DNA from: Auanema rhodensis
Lineage: Eukaryota; Animalia; Nematoda
Direction of reading: 5' to 3'
NCBI GenBank assembly: GCA_964057225.1
Contig: OZ059897.1
Span: 10,602,001-10,666,000 of the forward strand
DNA length: 64,000 nucleotides
How positions within the stretch are numbered: the first letter of the stretch is position 1; every line of letters begins with the position of its first letter. Shown in pieces: positions 40,571 through 55,177 of this stretch. A model generated the notes under the pieces. The model did not search any database and had not been told where the DNA came from. It was given only the letters and a program-made list of their open reading frames with translations. The translations under genes were made by a program, and so were the position numbers.

Positions 40571-41494
40571 TTTTTTGTTTTGAAATTTAAATGCTATAAA
40601 ATTATTGCTTGCTTGTCATGTTAGATTTCTTTAATTTGAATACTTATTCAAGTTATAACAATTTTCGATTTAATCACGTTCAATTAACTGTATTGTTTTC
40701 AAAAATAAAGACAAAATTCAATTTCTGTTCATTGAATTAGAATTATCATGTTGTCACACAGAAATTGAAGAATCTTAGTTCATTTCAGTAACAATGAACA
40801 CACTAACTTTGTTAAGTTGTTGTAATATCGGCCCAAGTAATATAGTGGTTAGTACTCCACGTTGTGGCCGTGGCGACACAGGTTCGATTCCTGTCTTGGG
40901 CATTTTTTGTTTTGAAATTAAAATGCTATAAAATTATTGCTTGCTTGTCTTGTTAGATTTCTTTAATTTGAATACTTATTCAAGTTATAACAATTTTCGA
41001 TTTAATCACGTTCAATCAACTGTATTGTTTTCAAAAATAAAGACAAAATTCAATTTCTGTTCATTGAATTAGAATTTTCATGTTGTCACACAGAAATTGA
41101 AGAATCTTAGTTCAATTCAGTAACAATGAACACACTAACTTTGTTAAGTTGTTGTAATATCGGCCCAATTAATATAGTGGTTAGTACTCCACGTTGTGGC
41201 CGTGGCGACACAGATTCGATTCCTGTTTTGGGCATTTTTTGTTTTGAAATTTAAATGCTATAAATTTATTGCTTGCTTGTCATGTTAGATTTCTTTAATT
41301 TGAATACTTATTCAAGTTATAACAATTTTCGATTTAATCACGTTCAATCAACTGTATTGTTTTCAAAAATAAAGACAAAATTCAATTTCTGTTCATTGAA
41401 TTAGAATTTTCATGTTGTCACACAGAAATTGAAGAATCTTAGTTCATTTCAGTAACAATGAACACACTAGCTTTGTTAAGTTGTTGTAATATTG

Positions 41495-41566
41495 GCCCAA
41501 GTAGTATAGTGGTTAGTACTCCACGTTGTGGCCGTGGCGACACAGGTTCGATTCCTGTCTTGGGCA
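41495..41566 (+). tRNA. tRNA-His(GUG), canonical allele
   Basis: Gene body identical to 991-1062. Confidence 0.93.
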
Positions 41567-42822
41567 TTTTTTGTTTTGAAATTAAAATGCTATAAAATTA
41601 TTGCTTGCTTGTCTTGTTAGATTTCTTTAATTTGAATACTTATTCAAGTTATAACAATTTTCGATTTAATCACGTTCAATCAACTGTATTGTTTTCAAAA
41701 ATAAAGACAAAATTCAATTTCTGTTCATTGAATTAGAATTTTCATGTTGTCACACAGAAATTGAAGAATCTTAGTTCAATTCAGTAACAATGAACACACT
41801 AACTTTGTTAAGTTGTTGTAATATCGGCCCAAGTAATATAGTGGTTAGTACTCCACGTTGTGGCCGTGGCGACACAGATTCGATTCCTGTCTTGGGCATT
41901 TTTTGTTTTGAAATTAAAATGCTACAAAATTATTGCTTGCTTGTCATGTTAGATTTCTTTAATTTGAATACTTATTTAAGTTATAACAATTTTCGATTTA
42001 TTCACGTTCAATCAACTGTATTGTTTTCAAAAATAAAGACAAAATTCAATTTCTGTTCATTGAATTAGAATTTTCATGTTGTCACACAGAAATTGAAGAA
42101 TCTTAGTTCAATTCAGTAACAATGAACACACTAACTTTGTTAAGTTGTTGTAATATTGGCCCAAGTAGTATAGTGGTTAGTACTCCACGTTGTGGCCGTG
42201 GCGACACAGGTTCGATTCCTGTCTTGGACATTTTTTGTTTTGAAATTAAAACGCTATAAACATATTGCTTGCTTGTCATGTTAGATTTCTTTAATTCAAA
42301 TACATATTTAAGTTCTAACAATTTTTGATTTAATCACGTTCAATTGACTGTGTTGTTTTCAAAAATAAAGACAAAATTCAATTTCTGTTCATTGAATTAG
42401 AATTTTCATGTTGTCACACAGAAATTGAAGAATCTTAGTTCAATTCAGTAACAATGAACACACTAACTTTGTTAAGTTGTTGTAATATCGGCCCAAGTAA
42501 TAAAGTGGTTAGTACTCCACGTTGTGGCCGTGGCGACACAGATTCGATTCCTGTCTTGGGCATTTTTTGTTTTGAAATTAAAATGCTACAAAATTATTGC
42601 TTGCTTGTCATGTTAGATTTCTTTAATTTGAATACTTATTTAAGTTATAACAATTTTCGATTTATTCACGTTCAATCAACTGTATTGTTTTCAAAAATAA
42701 AGACAAAATTCAATTTCTGTTCATTGAATTAGAATTTTCATGTTGTCACACAGAAATTGAAGAATCTTAGTTCAATTCAGTAACAATGAACACACTAACT
42801 TTGTTAAGTTGTTGTAATATTG

Positions 42823-42894
42823 GCCCAAGTAGTATAGTGGTTAGTACTCCACGTTGTGGCCGTGGCGACACAGGTTCGATTCCTGTCTTGGGCA
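42823..42894 (+). tRNA. tRNA-His(GUG), canonical allele
   Basis: Gene body identical to 991-1062. Confidence 0.93.
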
Positions 42895-43486
42895 TTTTTT
42901 GTTTTGAAATTAAAATGCTATAAAATTATTGCTTGCTTGTCTTGTTAGATTTCTTTAATTTGAATACTTATTCAAGTTATAACAATTTTCGATTTAATCA
43001 CGTTCAATCAACTGTATTGTTTTCAAAAATAAAGACAAAATTCAATTTCTGTTCATTGAATTAGAATTTTCATGTTGTCACACAGAAATTGAAGAATCTT
43101 AGTTCAATTCAGTAACAATGAACACACTAACTTTGTTAAGTTGTTGTAATATCGGCCCAAGTAATATAGTGGTTAGTACTCCACGTTGTGGCCGTGGCGA
43201 CACAGATTCGATTCCTGTCTTGGGCATTTTTTGTTTTGAAATTAAAATGCTACAAAATTATTGCTTGCTTGTCATGTTAGATTTCTTTAATTTGAATACT
43301 TATTTAAGTTATAACAATTTTCGATTCAATCACGTTCAATCAACTGTATTGTTTTCAAAAATAAAGACAAAATTCAATTTCTGTTCATTGAATTAGAATT
43401 TTCATGTTGTCACACAGAAATTGAAGAATCTTAGTTCATTTCAGTAACAATGAACACACTAACTTTGTTAAGTTGTTGTAATATTA

Positions 43487-43558
43487 GCCCAAGTAGTATA
43501 GTGGTTAGTACTCCACGTTGTGGCCGTGGCGACACAGGTTCGATTCCTGTCTTGGGCA
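43487..43558 (+). tRNA. tRNA-His(GUG), canonical body with A instead of G at -1
   Basis: Gene body identical to 991-1062; leader reads ATATTA-GCCCAAG. Confidence 0.88.
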
Positions 43559-44814
43559 TTTTTTGTTTTGAAATTAAAATGCTATAAAATTATTGCTTGC
43601 TTGTCTTGTTAGATTTCTTTAATTTGAACACTTATTCAAGTTATAACAATTTTCGATTTAATCACGTTCAATCAACTGTATTGTTTTCAAAAATAAAGAC
43701 AAAATTCAATTTCTGTTCATTGAATTAGAATTTTCATGTTGTCACACAGAAATTGAAGAATCTTAGTTTAATTCAGTAACAATGAACACACTAACTTTGT
43801 TAAGTTGTTGTAATATCGGCCCAAGTAATATAGTGGTTAGTACTCCACGTTGTGGCCGTGGCGACACAGATTCGATTCCTGTCTTGGACATTTTTTGTTT
43901 TGAAATTAAAACGCTATAAACATATTGCTTGCTTGTCATGTTAGATTTCTTTAATTCAAATACATATTTAAGTTCTAACAATTTTTGATTTAATCACGTT
44001 CAATTGACTGTGTTGTTTTCAAAAATAAAGACAAAATTCAATTTCTGTTCATTGAATTAGAATTTTCATGTTGTCACACAGAAATTGAAGAATCTTAGTT
44101 CAATTCAGTAACAATGAACACACTAACTTTGTTAAGTTGTTGTAATATCGGCCCAAGTAATATAGTGGTTAGTACTCTACGTTGTGGCCGTGGCGACACA
44201 GATTCGATTCCTGTCTTGGACATTTTTTGTTTTGAAATTAAAATGCTACAAAATTATTGCTTGCTTGTCATGTTAGATTTCTTTAATTTGAATACTCATT
44301 TAAGTTATAACAATTTTCGATTTAATCACGTTCAATCAACTGTATTGTTTTCAAAAATGAAGACAAAATTCAATTTCTGTTCATTGAATTAGAATTTTCA
44401 TGTTGTCACACAGAAATTGAAGAATCTTAGTTTAATTCAGTAACAATGAACACACTAACTTTGTTAAGTTGTTGTTATATCGGCCCAAGTAATATAGTGG
44501 TTAGTACTCCACGTTGTGGCCGTGGCGACACAGATTCGATTCCTGTCTTGGATATTTTTTGTTTTGAAATTTAAATGCTATAAAATTATTGCTTGCTTGT
44601 CATGTTAGATTTCTTTAATTTGAATACTTATTCAAGTTATAACAATTTTCGATTTAATCACGTTCAATCAACTGTATTGTTTTCAAAAATGAAGACAAAA
44701 TTCAATTTCTGTTCATTGAATTAGAATTATCATGTTGTCACACAGAAATTGAAGAATCTTAGTTCATTTCAGTAACAATGAACACAATAACTTTGTTTAG
44801 TTGTTGTAATATCG

Positions 44815-44886
44815 GCCCAAGTAGTATAGTGGTTAGTACTCCACGTTGTGGCCGTGGCGACACAGGTTCGATTCCTGTCTTGGGCA
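44815..44886 (+). tRNA. tRNA-His(GUG), canonical allele
   Basis: Gene body identical to 991-1062. Confidence 0.93.
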
Positions 44887-46142
44887 TTTTTTGTTTTGAA
44901 ATTTAAATGCTATGAAATTATTGCTTGCTTGTCATGTTAGATTTCTTTAATTTGAATACTTATTCAAGTTATAACAATTTACGATTTAATCACGTTCAAT
45001 TAACTGTATTGTTTTCAAAAATAAAGACAAAATTCAATTTCTGTTCATTGAATTAGAATTATCATGTTGTCACACAGAAATTGAAGAATCTTAGTTCATT
45101 TCAGTAACAATGAACACACTAACTTTGTTAAGTTGTTGTAATATCGGCCCAAGTAATATAGTGGTTAGTACTCCACGTTGTGGCCGTGGCGACACAGATT
45201 CGATTCCTGTTTTGGGCATTTTTTGTTTTGAAATTTAAATGCTATAAAATTATTGCTTGCTTGTCATGTTAGATTTCTTTAATTTGAATACTTATTCAAG
45301 TTATAACAATTTACGATTTAATCACGTTCAATTAACTGTATTGTTTTCAAAAATAAAGACAAAATTCAATTTCTGTTCATTGAATTAGAATTATCATGTT
45401 GTCACACAGAAATTGAAGAATCTTAGTTCATTTCAGTAACAATGAACACAATAACTTTGTTTAGTTGTTGTAATATCGGCCCAAGTAGTATAGTGGTTAG
45501 TACTCCACATTGTGGCCGTGGCGACACAGATTCGATTCCTGTCTTGGACATTTTTTGTTTTGAAATTAAAATGCTACAAAATTATTGCTTGCTTGTCATG
45601 TTAGATTTCTTTAATTTGAATACTTATTTAAGTTATAACAATTTTCGATTTAATCACGTTCATTCAACTGTATTGTTTTCAAAAATGAAGACAAAATTCA
45701 ATTTCTGTTCATTGAATTAGAATTTTCATGTTGTCACACAGAAATTGAAGAATCTTAGTTTAATTCAGTAACAATGAACACACTAACTTTGTTAAGTTGT
45801 TGTAATATCGGCCCAAGTAATATAGTGGTTAGTACTCCACGTTGTGGCTGTGGCGACACAGATTCGATTCCTGTCTTGGACATTTTTTGTTTTGAAATTA
45901 AAATGCTATAAACATATTGCTTGCTTGTCATGTTAGATTTCTTTAATTCAAATACATATTTAAGTTCTAACAATTTTTGATTTAATCACGTTCAATTAAC
46001 TGTATTGTTTTCAAAAATAAAGACAAAATTCAATTTCTGTTCATTGAATTAGAATTATCATGTTGTCACACAGAAATTGAAGAATCTTAGTTCATTTCAG
46101 TAACAATGAACACAATAACTTTGTTTAGTTGTTGTAATATCG

Positions 46143-46214
46143 GCCCAAGTAGTATAGTGGTTAGTACTCCACGTTGTGGCCGTGGCGACACAGGTTCGAT
46201 TCCTGTCTTGGGCA
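46143..46214 (+). tRNA. tRNA-His(GUG), canonical allele
   Basis: Gene body identical to 991-1062. Confidence 0.93.
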
Positions 46215-46806
46215 TTTTTTGTTTTGAAATTTAAATGCTATAAAATTATTGCTTGCTTGTCATGTTAGATTTCTTTAATTTGAATACTTATTCAAGTTAT
46301 AACAATTTTCGATTTAATCACGTTCAATTAACTGTATTGTTTTCAAAAATAAAGACAAAATTCAATTTCTGTTCATTGAATTAGAATTATCATGTTGTCA
46401 CACAGAAATTGAAGAATCTTAGTTCATTTCAGTAACAATGAACACACTAACTTTGTTAAGTTGTTGTAATATCGGCCCAAGTAATATAGTGGTTAGTACT
46501 CCACGTTGTGGCCGTGGCGACACAGATTCGATTCCTGTTTTGAGCATTTTTTGTTTTGAAATTTAAATGCTATAAAATTATTGCTTGCTTGTCATGTTAG
46601 ATTTCTTTAATTTGAATACTTATTCAAGTTATAACAATTTTCGATTTAATCACGTTCAATCAACTGTATTGTTTTCAAAAATAAAGACAAAATTCAATTT
46701 CTGTTCATTGAATTAGAATTTTCATGTTGTCACACAGAAATTGAAGAATCTTAGTTCATTTCAGTAACAATGAACACACTAACTTTGTTAAGTTGTTGTA
46801 ATATCG

Positions 46807-46878
46807 GCCCAAGTAGTATAGTGGTTAGTACTCCACGTTGTGGCCGTGGCGACACAGGTTCGATTCCTGTCTTGGGCA
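46807..46878 (+). tRNA. tRNA-His(GUG), canonical allele
   Basis: Gene body identical to 991-1062. Confidence 0.93.
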
Positions 46879-48798
46879 TTTTTTGTTTTGAAATTAAAAT
46901 GCTATGAAATTATTGCTTGCTTGTCATGTTTGATTTCTTTAATTTGAATACTTATTTAAGTTATAACAATTTTCGATTTAATCACGTTCAATCAACTGTA
47001 TTGTTTTCAAAAATGAAGACAAAATTCAATTTCTGTTCATTGAATTAGAATTTTCATGTTGTCACACAGAAATTGAAGAATCTTAGTTTAATTCAGTAAC
47101 AATGAACACACTAACTTTGTTAAGTTGTTGTAATATCGGCCCAAGTAATATAGTGGTTAGTACTCTACGTTGTGGCCGTGGCGACACAGATTCGATTCCT
47201 GTCTTGGACATTTTTTGTTTTGAAATTAAAATGCTATAAACATATTGCTTGCTTGTCATGTTAGATTTCTTTAATTCAAATACATATTTAAGTTCTAACA
47301 ATTTTTGATTTAATCACGTTCAATTGACTGTATTGTTTTCAAAAATAAAGACAAAATTCAATTTCTGTTCATTGAATTAGAATTTTCATGTTGTCACACA
47401 GAAATTGAAGAATCTTAGTTCATTTCAGTAACAATGAACACACTAACTTTGTTAAGTTGTTGTAATATCGGCCCAAGTAATATAGTGGTTAGTACTCCAC
47501 GTTGTGGACGTGGCGACACAGATTCGATTCCTGTTTTGGGCATTTTTTGTTTTGAAATTTAAATGCTATAAAATTATTGCTTGCTTGTCATGTTAGATTT
47601 CTTTAATTTGAATACTTATTCAAGTTATAACAATTTTCGATTTAATCACGTTCAATCAACTGTATTGTTTTCAAAAATAAAGACAAAATTCAATTTCTGT
47701 TCATTGAATTAGAATTTTCATGTTGTCACACAGAAATTGAAGAATCTTAGTTCAATTCAGTAACAATAAACACACTAACTTTGTTAAGTTGTTGTAATAT
47801 CGGCCCAAGTAATATAGTGGTTAGTACTCCACGTTGTGGCCGTGGCGACACAGATTCGATTCCTGTCTTGGACATTTTTTGTTTTGAAATTAAAATGCTA
47901 CAAAATTATTGCTTGCTTGTCATGTAAGATTTCTTTAATATGAATACTTATTTAAGTTATAACAATTTTCGATTTAATCACGTTCAATCAACTGTATTGT
48001 TTTCAAAAATAAAGACAAAATTCAATTTCTGTTCATTCTATTAGAATTTTCATGTTGTCACACAGAAATTGAAGAATCTTAGTTCAATTCAGTAACAATG
48101 AACACACTAACTTTGTTAAGTTGTTGTAATATCGGCCCAAGTAATATAGTGGTTAGTACTCCACGTTGTGGCCGTGGCGACACAGATTCGATTCCTGTTT
48201 TGGGCATTTTTTGTTTTGAAATTTAAATGCTATAAAATTATTGCTTGCTTGTCATGTTAGATTTCTTTAATTCGAATACTTATTCAAGTTATAACAATTT
48301 TCGATTTAATCACGTTCAATCAACTGTATTGTTTTCAAAAATAAAGACAAAATTCAATTTCTGTTCATTGAATTAGAATTTTCATGTTGTCACACAGAAA
48401 TTGAAGAATCTTAGTTTAATTCAGTAACAATGAACACACTAACTTTGTTAAGTTGTTGTTATATCGGCCCAAGTAATATAGTGGTTAGTACTCCACGTTG
48501 TGGCCGTGGCGACACAGATTCGATTCCTGTCTTGGATATTTTTTGTTTTGAAATTTAAATGCTATAAAATTATTGCTTGCTTGTCATGTTAGATTTCTTT
48601 AATTTGAATACTTATTTAAGTTATAACAATTTTCGATTTAATCACGTTCAATCAACTGTATTGTTTTCAAAAATGAAGACAAAATTCAATTTCTGTTCAT
48701 TGAATTAGAATTATCATGTTGTCACACAGAAATTGAAGAATCTTAGTTCATTTCAGTAACAATGAACACAATAACTTTGTTTAGTTGTTGTAATATCG

Positions 48799-48870
48799 GC
48801 CCAAGTAGTATAGTGGTTAGTACTCCACGTTGTGGCCGTGGCGACACAGGTTCGATTCCTGTCTTGGGCA
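48799..48870 (+). tRNA. tRNA-His(GUG), canonical allele
   Basis: Gene body identical to 991-1062. Confidence 0.93.
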
Positions 48871-51121
48871 TTTTTTGTTTTGAAATTTAAATGCTATAAA
48901 ATTATTGCTTGCTTGTCATGTTAGATTTCTTTAATTTGAATACTTATTCAAGTTATAACAATTTACGATTTAATCACGTTCAATTAACTGTATTGTTTTC
49001 AAAAATAAAGACAAAATTCAATTTCTGTTCATTGAATTAGAATTATCATGTTGTCACACAGAAATTGAAGAATCTTAGTTCATTTCAGTAACAATGAACA
49101 CACTAACTTTGTTAAGTTGTTGTAATATCGGCCCAAGTAATATAGTGGTTAGTACTCCACGTTGTGGCCGTGGCGACACAGATTCGATTCCTGTTTTGGG
49201 CATTTTTTGTTTTGAAATTTAAATGCTATAAAATTATTGCTTGCTTGTCATGTTAGATTTCTTTAATTTGAATACTTATTCAAGTTATAACAATTTTCGA
49301 TTTAATCACGTTCAATCAACTGTATTGTTTTCAAAAATAAAGACAAAATTCAATTTCTGTTCATTGAATTAGATTTTCATGTTGTCACACAGAAATTGAA
49401 GAATCTTAGTTCAATTCAGTAACAATAAACACACTAACTTTGTTAAGTTGTTGTAATATCGGCCCAAGTAATATAGTGGTTAGTACTGCACGTTGTGGCC
49501 GTGGCGACACAGATTCGATTCCTGTCTTGGACATTTTTTGTTTTGAAATTAAAATGCTACAAAATTATTGCTTGCTTGTCATGTTAGATTTCTTTAATAT
49601 GAATACTTATTTAAGTTATAACAATTTTCGATTTAATCACGTTCAATCAACTGTATTGTTTTCAAAAATAAAGACAAAATTCAATTTCTGTTCATTGAAT
49701 TAGAATTTTCATGTTGTCACACAGAAATTGAAGAATCTTAGTTCAATTCAGTAACAATGAACACACTAACTTTGTTAAGTTGTTGTAATATCGGCCCAAG
49801 TAATATAGTGGTTAGTACTCCACATTGTGGCCGTGGCGACACAGATTCGATTCCTGTCTTGGACATTTTTTGTTTTGAAATTAAAATGCTACAAAATTAT
49901 TGCTTGCTTGTCATGTTAGATTTCTTTAATTTGAATACTTATTTAAGTTATAACAATTTTCGATTTAATCACGTTCAATCAACTGTATTGTTTTCAAAAA
50001 TGAAGACAAAATTCAATTTCTGTTCATTGAATTAGAATTTTCATGTTGTCACACAGAAATTGAAGAATCTTAGTTTAATTCAGTAACAATGAACACACTA
50101 ACTTTGTTAAGTTGTTGTAATATCGGCCCAAGTAATATAGTGGTTAGTACTCCACGTTGTGGCCGTGGCGACACAGATTCGATTCCTGTCTTGGACATTT
50201 TTTGTTTTGAAATTAAAATGCTATAAACATATTGCTTGCTTGTCATGTTAGATTTCTTTAATTCAAATACATATTTAAGTTCTAACAATTTTTGATTCAA
50301 TCACGTTCAATTAACTGTATTGTTTTCAAAAATAAAGACAAAATTCAATTTCTGTTCATTGAATTAGAATTATCATGTTGTCACACAGAAATTGAAGAAT
50401 CTTAGTTCATTTCAGTAACAATGAACACACTAACTTTGTTAAGTTGTTGTAATATCGGCCCAAGTAATATAGTGGTTAGTACTCCACGTTGTGGCCGTGG
50501 CGACACAGATTCGATTCCTGTTTTGGGCATTTTTTGTTTTGAAATTTAAATGCTATAAAATTATTGCTTGCTTGTCATGTTAGATTTCTTTAATTTGAAT
50601 ACTTATTCAAGTTATAACAATTTTCGATTTAATCACGTTCAATTAACTGTATTGTTTTCAAAAATAAAGACAAAATTCAATTTCTGTTCATTGAATTAGA
50701 ATTATCATGTTGTCACACAGAAATTGAAGAATCTTAGTTCATTTCAGTAACAATGAACACACTAACTTTGTTAAGTTGTTGTAATATCGGCCCAAGTAAT
50801 ATAGTGGTTAGTACTCCACGTTGTGGCCGTGGCGACACAGATTCGATTCCTGTTTTGGGCATTTTTTGTTTTGAAATTTAAATGCTATAAAATTATTGCT
50901 TGCTTGTCATGTTAGATTTCTTTAATTTGAATACTTGTTCAAGTTATAACAATTTTCGATTTAATCACGTTCAATCAACTGTATTGTTTTCAAAAATAAA
51001 GACAAAATTCAATTTCTGTTCATTGAATTAGAATTTTCATGTTGTCACACAGAAATTGAAGAATCTTAGTTCATTTCAGTAACAATGAACACACTAACTT
51101 TGTTAAGTTGTTGTAATATCG

Positions 51122-51193
51122 GCCCAAGTAGTATAGTGGTTAGTACTCCACGTTGTGGCCGTGGCGACACAGGTTCGATTCCTGTCTTGGGCA
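51122..51193 (+). tRNA. tRNA-His(GUG), canonical allele
   Basis: Gene body identical to 991-1062. Confidence 0.93.
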
Positions 51194-51785
51194 TTTTTTG
51201 TTTTGAAATTAAAATGCTATAAAATTATTGCTTGCTTGTCATGTTAGATTTCTTTAATTTGAATACTTATTCAAGTTATAACAATTTTCGATTTAATCAC
51301 GTTCAATTAACTGTATTGTTTTCAAAAATAAAGACAAAATTCAATTTCTGTTCATTGAATTAGAATTATCATGTTGTCACACAGAAATTGAAGAATCTTA
51401 GTTCATTTCAGTAACAATGAACACACTAACTTTGTTAAGTTGTTGTAATATCGGCCCAAGTAATATAGTGGTTAGTACTCCACGTTGTGGCCGTGGCGAC
51501 ACAGATTCGATTCCTGTTTTAGGCATTTTTTGTTTTGAAATTTAAATGCTATAAAATTATTGCTTGCTTGTCATGTTAGATTTCTTTAATTTGAATACTT
51601 ATTCAAGTTATAACAATTTTCGATTTAATCACGTTCAATCAACTGTATTGTTTTCAAAAATAAAGACAAAATTCAATTTCTGTTCATTGAATTAGAATTT
51701 TCATGTTGTCACACAGAAATTGAAGAATCTTAGTTCATTTCAGTAACAATGAACACACTAACTTTGTTAAGTTGTTGTAATATCG

Positions 51786-51857
51786 GCCCAAGTAGTATAG
51801 TGGTTAGTACTCCACGTTGTGGCCGTGGCGACACAGGTTCGATTCCTGTCTTGGGCA
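51786..51857 (+). tRNA. tRNA-His(GUG), canonical allele
   Basis: Gene body identical to 991-1062. Confidence 0.93.
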
Positions 51858-53445
51858 TTTTTTGTTTTGAAATTAAAATGCTATGAAATTATTGCTTGCT
51901 TGTCTTGTTAGATTTCTTTAATTTGAATACTTATTCAAGTTATAACAATTTTCGATTTAATCACGTTCAATCAACTGTATTGTTTTCAAAAATAAAGACA
52001 AAATTCAATTTCTGTTCATTGAATTAGAATTTTCATGTTGTCACACAGAAATTGAAGAATCTTAGTTCAATTCAGTAACAATAAACACACTAACTTTGTT
52101 AAGTTGTTGTAATATCGGCCCAAGTAATATAGTGGTTAGTACTCCACATTGTGGCCGTGGCGACACAGATTCGATTCCTGTTTTGGGCATTTTTTGTTTT
52201 GAAATTTAAATGCTATAAAATTATTGCTTGCTTGTCATGTTAGATTTCTTTAATTTGAATACTTATTCAAGTTATAACAATTTTCGATTTAATCACGTTC
52301 AATCAACTGTATTGTTCTCAAAAATAAAGACAAAATTCAATTTCTGTTCATTGAATTAGAATTTTCATGTTGTCACACAGAAATTGAAGAATCTTTGTTC
52401 AATTCAGTAACAATGAACACACTAACTTTGTTAAGTTGTTGTAATATCGGCCCAAGTAATATAGTGGTTAGTACTCCACGTTGTGGCCGTGGCGACACAG
52501 ATTCGATTCCTGTCTTGGACATTTTTTGTTTTGAAATTAAAATGCTATAAACATATTGCTTGCTTGTCATGTTAGATTTCTTTAATTCAAATACATATTT
52601 AAGTTCTAACAATTTTTGATTCAATCACGTTCAATTAACTGTATTGTTTTCAAAAATAAAGACAAAATTCAATTTCTGTTCATTGAATTAGAATTATCAT
52701 GTTGTCACACAGAAATTGAAGAATCTTAGTTCATTTCAGTAACAATGAACACACTAACTTTGTTAAGTTGTTGTAATATCGGCCCAAGTAATATAGTGGT
52801 TAGTACTCCACGTTGTGGCCGTGGCGACACAGATTCGATTCCTGTTTTGGGCATATTTTGTTTTGAAATTTAAATGCTATAAAATTATTGCTTGCTTGTC
52901 ATGTTAGATTTCTTTAATTTGAATACTTATTCAAGTTATAACAATTTTCGATTTAATCACGTTCAATTAACTGTATTGTTTTCAAAAATAAAGACAAAAT
53001 TCAATTTCTGTTCATTGAATTAGAATTATCATGTTGTCACACAGAAATTGAAGAATCTTAGTTCATTTCAGTAACAATGAACACACTAACTTTGTTAAGT
53101 TGTTGTAATATCGGCCCAAGTAATATAGTGGTTAGTACTCCACGTTGTGGCCGTGGCGACACAGATTCGATTCCTGTTTTGGGCATTTTTTGTTTTGAAA
53201 TTTAAATGCTATAAAATTATTGCTTGCTTGTCATGTTAGATTTCTTTAATTTGAATACTTGTTCAAGTTATAACAATTTTCGATTTAATCACGTTCAATC
53301 AACTGTATTGTTTTCAAAAATAAAGACAAAATTCAATTTCTGTTCATTGAATTAGAATTTTCATGTTGTCACACAGAAATTGAAGAATCTTAGTTCATTT
53401 CAGTAACAATGAACACACTAACTTTGTTAAGTTGTTGTAATATCG

Positions 53446-53517
53446 GCCCAAGTAGTATAGTGGTTAGTACTCCACGTTGTGGCCGTGGCGACACAGGTTC
53501 GATTCCTGTCTTGGGCA
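53446..53517 (+). tRNA. tRNA-His(GUG), canonical allele
   Basis: Gene body identical to 991-1062. Confidence 0.93.
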
Positions 53518-55105
53518 TTTTTTGTTTTGAAATTAAAATGCTATAAAATTATTGCTTGCTTGTCATGTTAGATTTCTTTAATTTGAATACTTATTCAAGT
53601 TATAACAATTTTCGATTTAATCACGTTCAATTAACTGTATTGTTTTCAAAAATAAAGACAAAATTCAATTTCTGTTCATTGAATTAGAATTATCATGTTG
53701 TCACACAGAAATTGAAGAATCTTAGTTCATTTCAGTAACAATGAACACACTAACTTTGTTAAGTTGTTGTAATATCGGCCCAAGTAATATAGTGGTTAGT
53801 ACTCCACATTGTGGCCGTGGCGACACAGATTCGATTCCTGTTTTGGGCATTTTTTGTTTTGAAATTTAAATGCTATAAAATTATTGCTTGCTTGTCATGT
53901 TAGATTTCTTTAATTTGAATACTTATTCAAGTTATAACAATTTTCGATTTAATCACGTTCAATCAACTGTATTGTTCTCAAAAATAAAGACAAAATTCAA
54001 TTTCTGTTCATTGAATTAGAATTTTCATGTTGTCACACAGAAATTGAAGAATCTTTGTTCAATTCAGTAACAATGAACACACTAACTTTGTTAAGTTGTT
54101 GTAATATCGGCCCAAGTAATATAGTGGTTAGTACTCCACGTTGTGGCCGTGGCGACACAGATTCGATTCCTGTCTTGGACATTTTTTGTTTTGAAATTAA
54201 AATGCTATAAACATATTGCTTGCTTGTCATGTTAGATTTCTTTAATTCAAATACATATTTAAGTTCTAACAATTTTTGATTCAATCACGTTCAATTAACT
54301 GTATTGTTTTCAAAAATAAAGACAAAATTCAATTTCTGTTCATTGAATTAGAATTATCATGTTGTCACACAGAAATTGAAGAATCTTAGTTCATTTCAGT
54401 AACAATGAACACACTAACTTTGTTAAGTTGTTGTAATATCGGCCCAAGTAATATAGTGGTTAGTACTCCACGTTGTGGCCGTGGCGACACAGATTCGATT
54501 CCTGTTTTGGGCATTTTTTGTTTTGAAATTTAAATGCTATAAAATTATTGCTTGCTTGTCATGTTAGATTTCTTTAATTTGAATACTTATTCAAGTTATA
54601 ACAATTTTCGATTTAATCACGTTCAATTAACTGTATTGTTTTCAAAAATAAAGACAAAATTCAATTTCTGTTCATTGAATTAGAATTATCATGTTGTCAC
54701 ACAGAAATTGAAGAATCTTAGTTCATTTCAGTAACAATGAACACACTAACTTTGTTAAGTTGTTGTAATATCGGCCCAAGTAATATAGTGGTTAGTACTC
54801 CACGTTGTGGCCGTGGCGACACAGATTCGATTCCTGTTTTGGGCATTTTTTGTTTTGAAATTTAAATGCTATAAAATTATTGCTTGCTTGTCATGTTAGA
54901 TTTCTTTAATTTGAATACTTGTTCAAGTTATAACAATTTTCGATTTAATCACGTTCAATCAACTGTATTGTTTTCAAAAATAAAGACAAAATTCAATTTC
55001 TGTTCATTGAATTAGAATTTTCATGTTGTCACACAGAAATTGAAGAATCTTAGTTCATTTCAGTAACAATGAACACACTAACTTTGTTAAGTTGTTGTAA
55101 TATCG

Positions 55106-55177
55106 GCCCAAGTAGTATAGTGGTTAGTACTCCACGTTGTGGCCGTGGCGACACAGGTTCGATTCCTGTCTTGGGCA
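55106..55177 (+). tRNA. tRNA-His(GUG), canonical allele
   Basis: Gene body identical to 991-1062. Confidence 0.93.
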
